A stretch of 64,000 bases of DNA from a virus (Duplodnaviria; Caudoviricetes): IMG/VR virus record IMGVR_UViG_3300032236_001631, positions 10,800 through 74,799 of that record; one strand, 5' to 3'. Each line of letters starts with the position of its first letter. Positions within the stretch are counted from its first letter, which is position 1. This document shows positions 1 through 8,555 of this stretch, in pieces. The translations under genes were made by a program, and so were the position numbers. The notes beneath the pieces were generated by a model. The model searched no databases. It saw only the letters and a list, made by a program, of their open reading frames with translations, and was not told the origin of the DNA.

Positions 1-80
1 AGCATCTTCGGCAATAACTTCATCAAAGTTACCTTCTCTATCAGATCTGATTTCCCATTCTGGTTTCATTGATTAAAATC

Positions 81-170
81 TCATTTATTTTCTTTTTCTT
101 TTCTATCTCTTATCCATTTTATAATCATTGGCATACCTAGTAAGCCATATTTTGGAATTCTTTTTTTCAT
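81..170 (-). CDS. small hypothetical protein (29 aa, MKKRIPKYGLLGMPMIIKWIRDRKEKENK)
   Basis: Read manually. ATG at 170 overlaps the stop of 167..403 (ATGA coupling). Below the ORF-track cutoff. Confidence 0.45.
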   Translation of the reverse strand: MKKRIPKYGLLGMPMIIKWIRDRKEKENK

Positions 171-403
171 GAATTTAAATCCAAGTTATGCTCATTCAAG
201 AGCCTCCAAAGCTCATCTCTTACCTTAGCCATAGTATCAGTGAGAATAGGATCCTCTTTATCAGATGGATACTTGACAAAGTTTCTAAGGTACTGGTCTA
301 GCTCCCAAAGCACTAAAGAATACTTTCTAGCATTATTAGCTAGTTCAAATTCTTCAAGATCTTCAGGTTCGTTTAAGTTATATTCTAAAGTGGCTTTTGG
401 CAT
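167..403 (-). CDS. hypothetical phage protein
   Basis: 78 aa ORF in a tightly packed minus-strand gene run. Confidence 0.75.
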   Translation of the reverse strand: MPKATLEYNLNEPEDLEEFELANNARKYSLVLWELDQYLRNFVKYPSDKEDPILTDTMAKVRDELWRLLNEHNLDLNS

Positions 404-404
404 A

Positions 405-749
405 TTAAGATTTTATATTATTTTTATAAAGGTCATAGCTCAGAATCAGACTAATAGTATAACCAAAAGCTGTCCATATCCATCCATAATAGAGTAATAT
501 TATAATAAAAACAATTGTAATAGGAGTACTAATCCATACAGGAACAGGTCTTCCTTCTTTAATGATTCTATCATGAATCTCTTTATTATTCATAGCTAGA
601 ATACAACATGATACTCCAAACCAAGTAAGAAAATAAATCATGTATTGTGCTGCTTTCATTCCTTTGATACCATACCAGAGAACAATCAAAGAAAAACACA
701 GAGAAATAAAATATTTTGATTTTCTGTTCATATTATTCTTTATTGTCAA
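405..749 (-). CDS. hypothetical membrane protein
   Basis: 3-4 hydrophobic segments; start may be the internal Met (MNRKSKY). Confidence 0.7.
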   Translation of the reverse strand: MTIKNNMNRKSKYFISLCFSLIVLWYGIKGMKAAQYMIYFLTWFGVSCCILAMNNKEIHDRIIKEGRPVPVWISTPITIVFIIILLYYGWIWTAFGYTISLILSYDLYKNNIKS

Positions 750-1170
750 TTTGACTTCTTAGCATTTGATTTTCAGATTCGAGTATATCAATACGCTCTC
801 TCATTCCTTGAATAAGTGCTTTTGTTTCTTTTAAAATTCTAGCATCTTTTCCTGCTACATCATAAATTCTAAAAATATCTTCTTCGTTATGAGTTTTATC
901 GTTATACGTCATGATTATTTTTTCCAATTCTACCAATATTTTTTTGTAATTGCAATCATTATTTTTATATTCTGAAATCAATTTTAAGCAAATATCTTTA
1001 ATCTTAAAGAATTTTATGGCATTCTTATCCATACTATCTGCCATTTCCTTTACCAGATCTCTCCAATAATTTAAAGATTTTTGAAATTCTTTATTTTGTA
1101 TTTCTAGATTGATATTCTTGATTCTCAAATTAGCAATATCATCTATCATATTTGGTTTATAATCATCCAT
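733..1170 (-). CDS. hypothetical coiled-coil protein
   Basis: 145 aa ORF with heptad-like charged helices; operon packing. Confidence 0.7.
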   Translation of the reverse strand: MDDYKPNMIDDIANLRIKNINLEIQNKEFQKSLNYWRDLVKEMADSMDKNAIKFFKIKDICLKLISEYKNNDCNYKKILVELEKIIMTYNDKTHNEEDIFRIYDVAGKDARILKETKALIQGMRERIDILESENQMLRSQIDNKE

Positions 1171-1171
1171 A

Positions 1172-1855
1172 TTATTTTGTTAATTCGTATTCAAGAAGAA
1201 TAGAAGAAAGTTCTTTTTGAACTTCATTAAGGAGATTTTTTTCCTTTTTATTTGGTTTCAGACTTTCCCATATACTAGAATCATCTGTAGAAAAATAAGC
1301 ATTAATCTCATCGACTATGACCTTTTTAGTATATCCAATATGAAGCAGATATTCTTCAATATTTTTGTAAAGGTTTGGAGTGATACGTTTAATTATCTTA
1401 TCAACTTTATTCTTATAATCTTTATTGAGATGATAAAGTGCATGAGCAACTTCATGTCTCTTGGTAATCTTATTATTACCTTCACTACCAATAAGATAAT
1501 ACTTTGGATCTTTTTCATCCAATTCATCCATGATAGTATCATGAATGTCCATGATGACATCATCATAATAATTCATATCTATAGTATTTTTCTCATAATA
1601 ACATTTTTGAATCATAGAACCCGGAATATTAAATCCTGACCAATCAGCAGGATAACCAAAATAAACTTCTTTATTTTTCTTAGCATACAAGCGCATGAAA
1701 TCCAAAAGCTCAAAGTTTTTTCCACGAATCTCTTTGAAGGGAGATTCGTAAAACTCTTGCACACGGCAAAAAGTCATTGCAAGATCATAACGATTATTGA
1801 TTATGCAATGATAAATTCTATTAGAAATTTTTTCTAGTTTGTATTTAATTTTCAT
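1172..1855 (-). CDS. HEXXH-motif protein (putative zinc metallopeptidase-like)
   Basis: HEVAH motif with a downstream DEINAY glutamate as possible third ligand. Confidence 0.6.
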   Translation of the reverse strand: MKIKYKLEKISNRIYHCIINNRYDLAMTFCRVQEFYESPFKEIRGKNFELLDFMRLYAKKNKEVYFGYPADWSGFNIPGSMIQKCYYEKNTIDMNYYDDVIMDIHDTIMDELDEKDPKYYLIGSEGNNKITKRHEVAHALYHLNKDYKNKVDKIIKRITPNLYKNIEEYLLHIGYTKKVIVDEINAYFSTDDSSIWESLKPNKKEKNLLNEVQKELSSILLEYELTK

Positions 1856-2055
1856 AATGGGTTTCCACTTTTAAGTTTTTCTATCATTTTATTCAATGAT
1901 TTAGTATCTCCCTTGGAGATCATATTCCAAGGAATCTGATTTTCAAATGTATTATTAGGAGTAATTAACCATTTTGCAATTTCCTTCCTTTCCATAATTT
2001 CTTCAAGCTTCTCATACCATTCCATGCAGAGAAGATAATCATTATCAATATTCAT
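1852..2055 (-). CDS. stand-alone Xre/MbcA/ParS antitoxin C-terminal (toxin-binding) domain protein
   Basis: AKWLITPNNTFENQIPWNMISKGDTKSLNKMIEKLKSG matches the WLxxPNxxLxxxxPxxLL..G..L..G pattern of DUF2384-type antitoxin C-domains; probable start MNIDND at 2055. Confidence 0.7.
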   Translation of the reverse strand: MNIDNDYLLCMEWYEKLEEIMERKEIAKWLITPNNTFENQIPWNMISKGDTKSLNKMIEKLKSGNPL

Positions 2056-2344
2056 AATCATCCTCTTCTTCCAGATCAATTCTTTCCATAATAGATTCTC
2101 TTTGCTTTACTTTCTTATTAAAGAGACGAAGAGCTTTTTTTTCAAATTGAATCTGATCTTTTTCAGGAACAGCATCAATCATACACTCGGTTACAGAAAC
2201 TAAAAGACCTGCCAATGTTTCTGCATCAAATGTAACATTATCTAATGTATTATATGTCTTGGCAGCAGGATAAAAAGTTTCCTTATCATGAGAAGATTTG
2301 ATAAAACCAAGTGCTAAAATTTGAATAAAATTATCATCATCCAT
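2045..2344 (-). CDS. hypothetical protein
   Basis: 99 aa ORF with acidic C-terminus; operon packing. Confidence 0.7.
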   Translation of the reverse strand: MDDDNFIQILALGFIKSSHDKETFYPAAKTYNTLDNVTFDAETLAGLLVSVTECMIDAVPEKDQIQFEKKALRLFNKKVKQRESIMERIDLEEEDDYEY

Positions 2345-2345
2345 A

Positions 2346-2777
2346 TTAATTGTCCCTTATTTTTAAACATTCAGTAAGCATGTCTGCACATTGCAGTGCA
2401 GTAAGTTCCTTATTATACTCCATACTACGACCAATATACTTGTACCACCAAACCTTAAAGTCCAATGGTTTATAATAGAAATTGGGTGCATGTTCTTCTC
2501 CACACCATTTACAATCTTCTGCCTCACACCAGCAGTAGCGATGTAAAGAGAACACGCAATTATCTACATTCGTACCATACTTGTCAGCCCATTCACCTTC
2601 TTCTGAATGGTAATCTGCAATGGCACGAATAACAGAATCAATAAGATAATCTTTTTTTGTTCCAAACATTCCAATAGGAACTATGAATTCTATTTGTTCA
2701 GGCATTTCATATGGATCATATTCCAATAACTCAGAAATGGATGGAAATCCATCATCTTTTTCAATTTTTTCACTCAT
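2346..2777 (-). CDS. hypothetical protein with Cys cluster
   Basis: YCWC..DCKWC..PNF...WYKYIGRSM; possibly metal binding. Confidence 0.7.
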   Translation of the reverse strand: MSEKIEKDDGFPSISELLEYDPYEMPEQIEFIVPIGMFGTKKDYLIDSVIRAIADYHSEEGEWADKYGTNVDNCVFSLHRYCWCEAEDCKWCGEEHAPNFYYKPLDFKVWWYKYIGRSMEYNKELTALQCADMLTECLKIRDN

Positions 2778-3250
2778 TTGTGATAGATAATATAACCAAT
2801 GATTATAGCAAATGCAACAAAATTCACAAAAAATGCAATCTGAAGTTTGAAGATAAGACTGAAATATTTCTTGTAAAGATCATCCAACATATTACCATCT
2901 TGAGTAATCACCTTGATTACTCTCTCATGAATATCTTGATGATTAGCCAGACATTCATTATGTTTACCAAACAAACCAGCAAGAGAATTAAACCCATCAT
3001 GATTAGTTTGAATCATATTTCTATGAGAATGCTGAACAGATACTAAGGCTTCAAGTGCTTGATTGGTAGACTTGGAAACCTTATCTATAGAATCATTGAT
3101 CTTGGACAAAACCTGATCTAATTCTTTGACAGAATCCATACTCACCGAACTTGTTGTCATTGAATAAGCAACAGGAAAAGTACTACTAGTATTAGTAGTA
3201 TAAGTTTCTGAAACAACATTTTCTGATTTTTTTTCCTTTTTCTTTTTCAT
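2774..3250 (-). CDS. hypothetical protein, coiled coil plus C-terminal TM helix
   Basis: C-terminal IAFFVNFVAFAIIIGYII. Confidence 0.7.
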   Translation of the reverse strand: MKKKKEKKSENVVSETYTTNTSSTFPVAYSMTTSSVSMDSVKELDQVLSKINDSIDKVSKSTNQALEALVSVQHSHRNMIQTNHDGFNSLAGLFGKHNECLANHQDIHERVIKVITQDGNMLDDLYKKYFSLIFKLQIAFFVNFVAFAIIIGYIIYHK

Positions 3251-3501
3251 GAGATTTGTATAAAGGTTGGAGTCTTTTCTCCTACATATGATCCGATGAT
3301 ATTGTACTCAAAGTATTCGACTGCTTCTTCATTGGTCATACCATCAGCCATTAATTTTTCGATACACTTTCCCATATCATAAGCTACATGATTCTCTTGT
3401 CCAAATCTAGAAGCAACACCGATGATACAATCATCAAATCCATCAGCAAATAACAATTCTTCATCATTAAAATTTTCTACAATGGTTTCTCGAATGTCCA
3501 T
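3247..3501 (-). CDS. conserved phage hypothetical protein
   Basis: ADGFDDCIIG...EEAVEYFEYNIIGSYVGEKTP pattern seen in many phage proteins. Confidence 0.8.
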   Translation of the reverse strand: MDIRETIVENFNDEELLFADGFDDCIIGVASRFGQENHVAYDMGKCIEKLMADGMTNEEAVEYFEYNIIGSYVGEKTPTFIQIS

Positions 3502-3507
3502 ATGAAT

Positions 3508-3535
3508 ATGATATATTATAATTTTAAATTGTCAA
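3508..3535 (-). promoter_or_regulatory. sigma70-like promoter TTGACA-N16-TATCAT, 6 nt before ATG 3501
   Basis: Consensus -35/-10 boxes read from sequence. Confidence 0.65.
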
Positions 3536-4435
3536 TAGTTGCTGAGAACATCTTTTTTCAATCAGAGGAATATAATCAGGATTCAATTCAATTAGAATTG
3601 CCTTCTTACCTTGCTCAAGTGCAACCTGTCCTGTTGTTCCCGATCCACCAAAAGGATCAAGAACAGTTCCATCTTCAGGGCATCCTGCTGTGATGCAAGG
3701 TCGGATGAGATCAGGAGGGAATACTGCGAAGTGTGCGCCTTTATATGGCTTAGTTGTAACGCTCCATACACTTCTCTTGTTAGCCATAGGATATGACTTG
3801 GTTAGACCAGTATGAGGCTGAAGACCAGATCCTTCATTATGATACTTTCCTTTGGTACGATCTCTTGTTCCCCAATCCTGTTTAGAAGGAATCTTGATTG
3901 CCTCATTGTCAAAATAATACTTGTTAGACTTGGACATGAGGAAAATATACTCATGAGCCTTGGTACAACGATCAGTGACAGATTCAGGCATTGGGTTAGG
4001 TTTGTGCCAAATTATATCTTGACGCAAATACCACCCATCAGCACGAAGAGCAAAAGCAAGCATCCAAGGAATGCCAATAAGATCTTTACTCTTGAGTCCA
4101 TCAACAATACGATTCTTGGATATTACTTGAGCATTACGTCCTTTGGGATTCTTAGGATCACGATGCTTTCCTTTGTCACCAGTTCCTACATAGCTGTCTC
4201 CGATGTTAAGCCAGAGAGTACCATCATTCTTTAAAACTCTACGAACTTCACGAAACAAAAGAACAAGCTTGTTGACATACTCTTCAGGAGTTTGCTCTTG
4301 TCCAATCTGTCCATCCATTCCATAATCACGCAAAGCATAATAGGGAGGAGAAGTCACGCAACAATTTACGGATTCATCTGGAAGTTTTTTAAGAACCTCA
4401 AGGCTATCACCACAAAGGATTTGAAGGTTGTCCAT
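3524..4435 (-). CDS. site-specific DNA methyltransferase, N4-cytosine/N6-adenine family (beta order, likely m4C)
   Basis: TSPPY catalytic motif N-terminal, DPFGGSGTT SAM motif C-terminal, IIWHKPNPMPES. Confidence 0.93.
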   Translation of the reverse strand: MDNLQILCGDSLEVLKKLPDESVNCCVTSPPYYALRDYGMDGQIGQEQTPEEYVNKLVLLFREVRRVLKNDGTLWLNIGDSYVGTGDKGKHRDPKNPKGRNAQVISKNRIVDGLKSKDLIGIPWMLAFALRADGWYLRQDIIWHKPNPMPESVTDRCTKAHEYIFLMSKSNKYYFDNEAIKIPSKQDWGTRDRTKGKYHNEGSGLQPHTGLTKSYPMANKRSVWSVTTKPYKGAHFAVFPPDLIRPCITAGCPEDGTVLDPFGGSGTTGQVALEQGKKAILIELNPDYIPLIEKRCSQQLLTI

Positions 4436-4698
4436 TATTTAGGCAGTTGAAGATTCAGAGCATCCTTTACACGATTAAAAAGAATAGTGTTAACCAGTTC
4501 CGCCTCATACTTCTTGATATAATACTCTTTATTATGATTGATATATAAAATACCTGCTACAAACAAAAAAATTACAATAAGCATGTTAATTGCATGTTTG
4601 GTATATCCCATCAAAAGACGAGCTATAATCAAAGAGAGTAGTAAACAAGAAGATGCTAGAAGCATACTTTGAATTGTTTGGAGTGTGTCTGGATTCAT
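4435..4698 (-). CDS. small membrane protein
   Basis: Two hydrophobic helices; own promoter upstream. Confidence 0.7.
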   Translation of the reverse strand: MNPDTLQTIQSMLLASSCLLLSLIIARLLMGYTKHAINMLIVIFLFVAGILYINHNKEYYIKKYEAELVNTILFNRVKDALNLQLPK

Positions 4699-4707
4699 AT
4701 TTTTAGG

Positions 4708-4736
4708 ATTATAGGTTATAGGATATAGATAGTCAA
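4708..4736 (-). promoter_or_regulatory. sigma70-like promoter TTGACT-N17-TATAAT
   Basis: Near-consensus boxes 9 nt upstream of ATG 4698. Confidence 0.75.
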
Positions 4737-4771
4737 GAGTTTATTTTTAAACAATGATTGTAAATAAAAGA

Positions 4772-5974
4772 GTGACCGATAAAATTTTTGTTCAAATTGC
4801 TTCTTACAGAGATCATGAACTCATTCCAACAATAAAGGATTGTATTGAGAAAGCGAAACATCCTGAGAATCTCACCTTTGGAATCTGTTGGCAAAGAGAT
4901 GAACATGAGTCTTTGGATGAATTTAAAGATGATCCTAGATTCAAGATTATAGATGTTCCTTGGCACGAAAGCAAGGGATTATGTTGGGCTAGAAGTTTGA
5001 TTCAAAAGCTGTGGAATGATGAGAAGTATACAATGCAACTTGATAGTCATCATAGATTTGTACAGAATTGGGATGAAGAATTAATTGAGATGATGAGTCT
5101 TGTGGATTCAGAAAAACCAATTATAACTTCTTATGCTGGAATGTATTCTCCAAAAGAAAACAAGCTTTTAAACTTTGAACCTTATAAGATGGTTGCCGAT
5201 AAGTTTACTCCTTCTGGTACTATTCTTTTTTATCCATCCACTATAGCAGAATATAAAGAACTAAAAGCTCCCATCCCTGCAAGATTTGTAAGTGGACATT
5301 TCTATTTCACTCTTGGTATTCATTGTAAAGAATACAAATATGATCCTAATTTATATTTCGCAGGTGATGAAATAAGTCTCAGTATTCGTTCCTTTACTTT
5401 AGGATATGACTTGTTTCATCCTCATAAACTGGTTATCTGGCACGAGTATACCAGAGAAGGGAGAACAAAGCACTGGACTGATTTCAACGAAGAGAACAAA
5501 AAATCAGGTAAGATAGAAAAACAATGGTGGGAGATGGATGTGGAAAGTAAAAAAAGATTAAGACACATGCTAAGAGAAGAGGATAATCAAATAGACTTAG
5601 GTGAGTATGATCTAGGTACTGTAAGAAGCCATACTGATTATGAACTCTATGCAGGTATAGACTTTAAGAATAGAAAGCTACATCCTGATACACTCAAAGG
5701 AGTTAATCCTCCGATCAATGACACATCAAAATGGTTTAAATTAGAAGAACAGACTTACAATTTAAATCTTAACATACCCAAAACAGAAAACTTTAAATTC
5801 ATTTATATTGGAGTTGAAGATGAAAATGGTAATGTAATTTATAGAGAAGACTTATATGAATACAAGCCTTTATTAAATGTAGAATTCAAATCCTTTACTC
5901 CTCCTTATAAATGGATACACTGGCCCGTTGATCTTAGCGACAATTGGGTTGATAGAGTAGATTCAATTATCTAA
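4772..5974 (+). CDS. GT60-like (Skp1-hydroxyproline / polypeptide) alpha-GlcNAc transferase
   Basis: IFVQIASYRD, GLCWARS, QLDSHHRFVQNWD, YDPNLYFAGDEI, GYDLFHP motifs; probable GTG start at 4772, 5 nt after TAAATA (track start 4754). Confidence 0.85.
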   Translation: MTDKIFVQIASYRDHELIPTIKDCIEKAKHPENLTFGICWQRDEHESLDEFKDDPRFKIIDVPWHESKGLCWARSLIQKLWNDEKYTMQLDSHHRFVQNWDEELIEMMSLVDSEKPIITSYAGMYSPKENKLLNFEPYKMVADKFTPSGTILFYPSTIAEYKELKAPIPARFVSGHFYFTLGIHCKEYKYDPNLYFAGDEISLSIRSFTLGYDLFHPHKLVIWHEYTREGRTKHWTDFNEENKKSGKIEKQWWEMDVESKKRLRHMLREEDNQIDLGEYDLGTVRSHTDYELYAGIDFKNRKLHPDTLKGVNPPINDTSKWFKLEEQTYNLNLNIPKTENFKFIYIGVEDENGNVIYREDLYEYKPLLNVEFKSFTPPYKWIHWPVDLSDNWVDRVDSII

Positions 5975-6184
5975 TACTTCAGATAACTTGCGCTGTAATC
6001 TCATGGCAGCACCTATACTCATAGTAATTAAAATTCCTTCAAATGATATTTGAATTATAGTATTTTCCTTTACTTCTCCAGAAGCATCAGGAATTTCTTT
6101 AACTGTAATATCTCCTTTAACTATAAAAGGTTCTTTCTTTTTCGTAGTAGGAATTTCATTGGCTTTCTTTGATTTAGGTTTCAC
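5963..6184 (-). CDS. hypothetical protein
   Basis: Probable GTG start at 6184 overlapping the rmlC 3' end (track gives 6250). Confidence 0.55.
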   Translation of the reverse strand: MKPKSKKANEIPTTKKKEPFIVKGDITVKEIPDASGEVKENTIIQISFEGILITMSIGAAMRLQRKLSEVLDN

Positions 6185-6725
6185 GGTATTTCTCACAATA
6201 CTTAAAGGAGATACCAGCCAAATCTTTAGGAGAAATGATAAGATCATCAAGCCATTTCCAATTTATATTGACATCAGGATCATTCCAGATCAAAGTTCTT
6301 TCCGCTTCCTTATTCCAAGAATTTGAACAACAATAGTTAAATTCTGTTCCCCTTTCAAGAGTAAGGAACCCATGAGCACATCCCTTTGGGATGAAAAGTC
6401 TATTACCATTTGGTATGAGATCAACCGAATCCCATTGACCAAAAGTTGGAGAATCTTCTCGAAGATCAACAAAGACATCCTGAACCTTTCCGTGACTAAC
6501 CCAAACTAGTTTTGCTTGTGCATTAAATCCAACCTGATAGTGTAATCCTCTAAGAACGTTCTTATGAGAAATACTGGTGTTAATTTGGGCAATATTTAGA
6601 TTAAGAATACCTAAATTGTTATATATGTCTCTATTAAAAGTTGTATAAAATGTTCCTCTATCATCTTCATGAAAGACAGGCTTGATGATAAAAGCACCAT
6701 CAATTTTTGTTTCTATTTTTATCAT
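6174..6725 (-). CDS. rmlC: dTDP-4-dehydrorhamnose 3,5-epimerase
   Basis: DDRGTF, NVLRGLHYQ, QAKLV, DVFVDLREDSPTFGQW, LFIPKGCAHGFLTL, WNDPDVNINW. Confidence 0.95.
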   Translation of the reverse strand: MIKIETKIDGAFIIKPVFHEDDRGTFYTTFNRDIYNNLGILNLNIAQINTSISHKNVLRGLHYQVGFNAQAKLVWVSHGKVQDVFVDLREDSPTFGQWDSVDLIPNGNRLFIPKGCAHGFLTLERGTEFNYCCSNSWNKEAERTLIWNDPDVNINWKWLDDLIISPKDLAGISFKYCEKYRET

Positions 6726-6897
6726 AAATTTTTTTCTTTTTTTTATATTTTTTAATCAAAGGTTTGAATGTATCTAGCTTTAAAACTTTTCTTCTATAAT
6801 CTTGATACCATTTCTTTAATGAATCATCATCCAATATTACATATGATTCAGAACTAAATTCAGTTTCTTTACCAAATGGATTATAATCATTATTCAT
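6700..6897 (-). CDS. hypothetical protein
   Basis: 65 aa ORF with basic C-terminus. Confidence 0.55.
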   Translation of the reverse strand: MNNDYNPFGKETEFSSESYVILDDDSLKKWYQDYRRKVLKLDTFKPLIKKYKKKKKIYDKNRNKN

Positions 6898-6900
6898 ATA

Positions 6901-7065
6901 CTACCAGTTTCTATTCATTTCTATTCGTATGCTTTCATTATACTCTTCGTCATTAATATCTTCAATAATATAACAACACTTGTAATATTTTTCGGATTCT
7001 GGTTCAATGAAAAGCATTTGAAACCTTACAATCAGTCGAGCTAGTTTGTATTTGATTCGGTACAT
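6901..7065 (-). CDS. small hypothetical protein (54 aa, MYRIKYKLARLIVRFQMLF...)
   Basis: Read manually; TTGCTA-N16-TAAAAT upstream. Confidence 0.5.
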   Translation of the reverse strand: MYRIKYKLARLIVRFQMLFIEPESEKYYKCCYIIEDINDEEYNESIRIEMNRNW

Positions 7066-7133
7066 ATAATTGGTGCTTTATATTTTACTCCAATTATCTG
7101 TATTAGCAAAGTCTTTTTGCTAAAAATGTTAAA

Positions 7134-7313
7134 CTATTTTACGAATCCTTCATCCATTAAATACATGATTATGATATTAGCTTCTTCATCAGGAACCTCT
7201 TCATCACTTGCTTCATCATCATTATCATAGGCAACTTCAATTACATTACCTTTTTGGATGATGAGATAATCCTTCCCTCTTATCTTAATTGGAAAGAAAG
7301 AAGCATTTTTCAT
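7134..7313 (-). CDS. small acidic hypothetical protein (59 aa, MKNASFFPIKIRGKDYLIIQ...YLMDEGFVK)
   Basis: Read manually; TAAGTA upstream beyond a hairpin leader. Confidence 0.55.
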   Translation of the reverse strand: MKNASFFPIKIRGKDYLIIQKGNVIEVAYDNDDEASDEEVPDEEANIIIMYLMDEGFVK

Positions 7314-7361
7314 ATTATTATAAAGTCGCTTTATAGCGATATATAATAATACTTAATGTTT

Positions 7362-7496
7362 TTACAGATCAAAAAACTCAATAATCATCATACGAATTAT
7401 TAAAATTTCACGATATATCAGAAAATATAAAATTTCAGGAAGATTTTTTAAGAAGTAATAGACTAACCAAAAATAATACTTAAATCCTTTTTTCAT
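7362..7496 (-). CDS. small hydrophobic/aromatic protein (44 aa, MKKGFKYYFWLVYYFLKNLPEILYFLIY...)
   Basis: Read manually; ATG overlaps the lipoprotein stop (TAATG). Confidence 0.5.
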   Translation of the reverse strand: MKKGFKYYFWLVYYFLKNLPEILYFLIYREILIIRMMIIEFFDL

Positions 7497-8158
7497 TAGT
7501 GACGACCACCTCCACCGTAGCTTCCTCCACCATAGCTTCCACCACCGTAGGAACGACTTCCTCCACCGTAGCTTCCACCACCATAGGAACGACTTCCTCC
7601 ACCGTAGCTTCCTCCACCATAGCTTCCACCACCGTAGGAACGACTTCCTCCACCGTAGCTTCCTCCACCATAGCTTCCACCACCGTAGGAACGACTTCCT
7701 CCAGTATAGCTTCCTGTATGGCTATAAGAACCTCCACCTGCTGTAGTGTTTCCTGTATATGTATTTCCTCTTCTACCTGTTACAGAGGTAGAACCTGTAT
7801 ATGTTCCATTATTATATGACCCATTGCGAGTAGCACTACCTGCTGTGGTAGAATTATTATAGGTTGTAGTTGATGTATAGGTGGTATTACCGCTGTTATT
7901 GTTATAACTTCCATAACCATATCCAAACAAACCGCCTAGCCAACCTAAACCACCACCATAACCATAACCATAACCTCCATAACCTCCATAGACAGGATAA
8001 TATCCACCGCCATATGAACCAGAGGTTCCGTAACAATAGGGATTATCATAACCAACTGGAACAATTGCTGCACCATCAGGTCCAACAGCAATAGGAGGAT
8101 AATAGGCACATGCACAAAGCGAAAAGCTCAATGCGACTAGGAGTAATATTTTTTTCAT
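7496..8158 (-). CDS. Gly/Tyr/Ser-rich predicted lipoprotein
   Basis: MKKILLLVALSFSLCAC signal peptide and lipobox (start 8158); GGGSY/GGSRSY C-terminal repeats. Confidence 0.8.
   Translation of the reverse strand: MKKILLLVALSFSLCACAYYPPIAVGPDGAAIVPVGYDNPYCYGTSGSYGGGYYPVYGGYGGYGYGYGGGLGWLGGLFGYGYGSYNNNSGNTTYTSTTTYNNSTTAGSATRNGSYNNGTYTGSTSVTGRRGNTYTGNTTAGGGSYSHTGSYTGGSRSYGGGSYGGGSYGGGSRSYGGGSYGGGSYGGGSRSYGGGSYGGGSRSYGGGSYGGGSYGGGGRH
7506..7713. repeat. coding tandem repeat of 15-bp and 21-bp units forming a 51-bp composite
   Basis: cctccaccgtagcttcctccaccatagcttccaccaccgtaggaacgactt occurs three times, plus one shorter variant. Confidence 0.9.
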
Positions 8159-8168
8159 AACAAAAAGA

Positions 8169-8197
8169 ATACTACTAATTTTTTCCGGTAAAGGCAA
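8169..8197 (-). promoter_or_regulatory. sigma70-like promoter TTGCCT-N17-TAGTAT
   Basis: 10 nt upstream of ATG 8158. Confidence 0.6.
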
Positions 8198-8214
8198 GAA
8201 TTATTTTTTACAAA

Positions 8215-8340
8215 TCAATACTTCTTGACCAACTTGCCTTTAATCTTAATAAATCCCTCTACCTTTCCAGACAACTTTGGAAAGTTGTTCTTATATGCTT
8301 TGCTGAAGGATGATCTGTCTTTGTCTCCTTTACCAGCCAT
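8215..8340 (-). CDS. small basic protein (41 aa, MAGKGDKDRSSFSKAYKNNF...)
   Basis: Read manually; GKGDKxR N-terminus typical of small phage proteins. Confidence 0.55.
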   Translation of the reverse strand: MAGKGDKDRSSFSKAYKNNFPKLSGKVEGFIKIKGKLVKKY

Positions 8341-8342
8341 TT

Positions 8343-8540
8343 TTAAACCTTATAAGTAAAATTGATACTAGCATTCTTGTCGTTTTTGTTTACGACATCG
8401 TGAGTAAGAGGATAAAATCCTCTACTTCTTAGCGTACTCAGAATCTTGGTGATTTCTGTGTTGATAAGTGATTCTCTTTCAGAGAATGAAGCACCGGGTT
8501 TGAATTCTACTGTGTGTTTTATGCTTAATATTTGACTCAT
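8343..8540 (-). CDS. hypothetical protein
   Basis: 65 aa ORF; TAAATA 7 nt upstream. Confidence 0.65.
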   Translation of the reverse strand: MSQILSIKHTVEFKPGASFSERESLINTEITKILSTLRSRGFYPLTHDVVNKNDKNASINFTYKV

Positions 8541-8555
8541 AATCTTATATTTAGA

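Noticed and set aside
7351-7482. Apparent non-coding gap with a TAAAATTTCA direct repeat and TAAGTA, considered as an sRNA or origin
   Set aside because: Explained by a 44-aa minus-strand ORF (7362-7496) coupled to the lipoprotein gene.
7480-7819. Alternative-frame ORFs over the Gly-rich repeat (VVEAMVEEAT..., TTSSTVASS...)
   Set aside because: Stop-free shadows of the tandem repeat; no slippery site or independent start signal seen.
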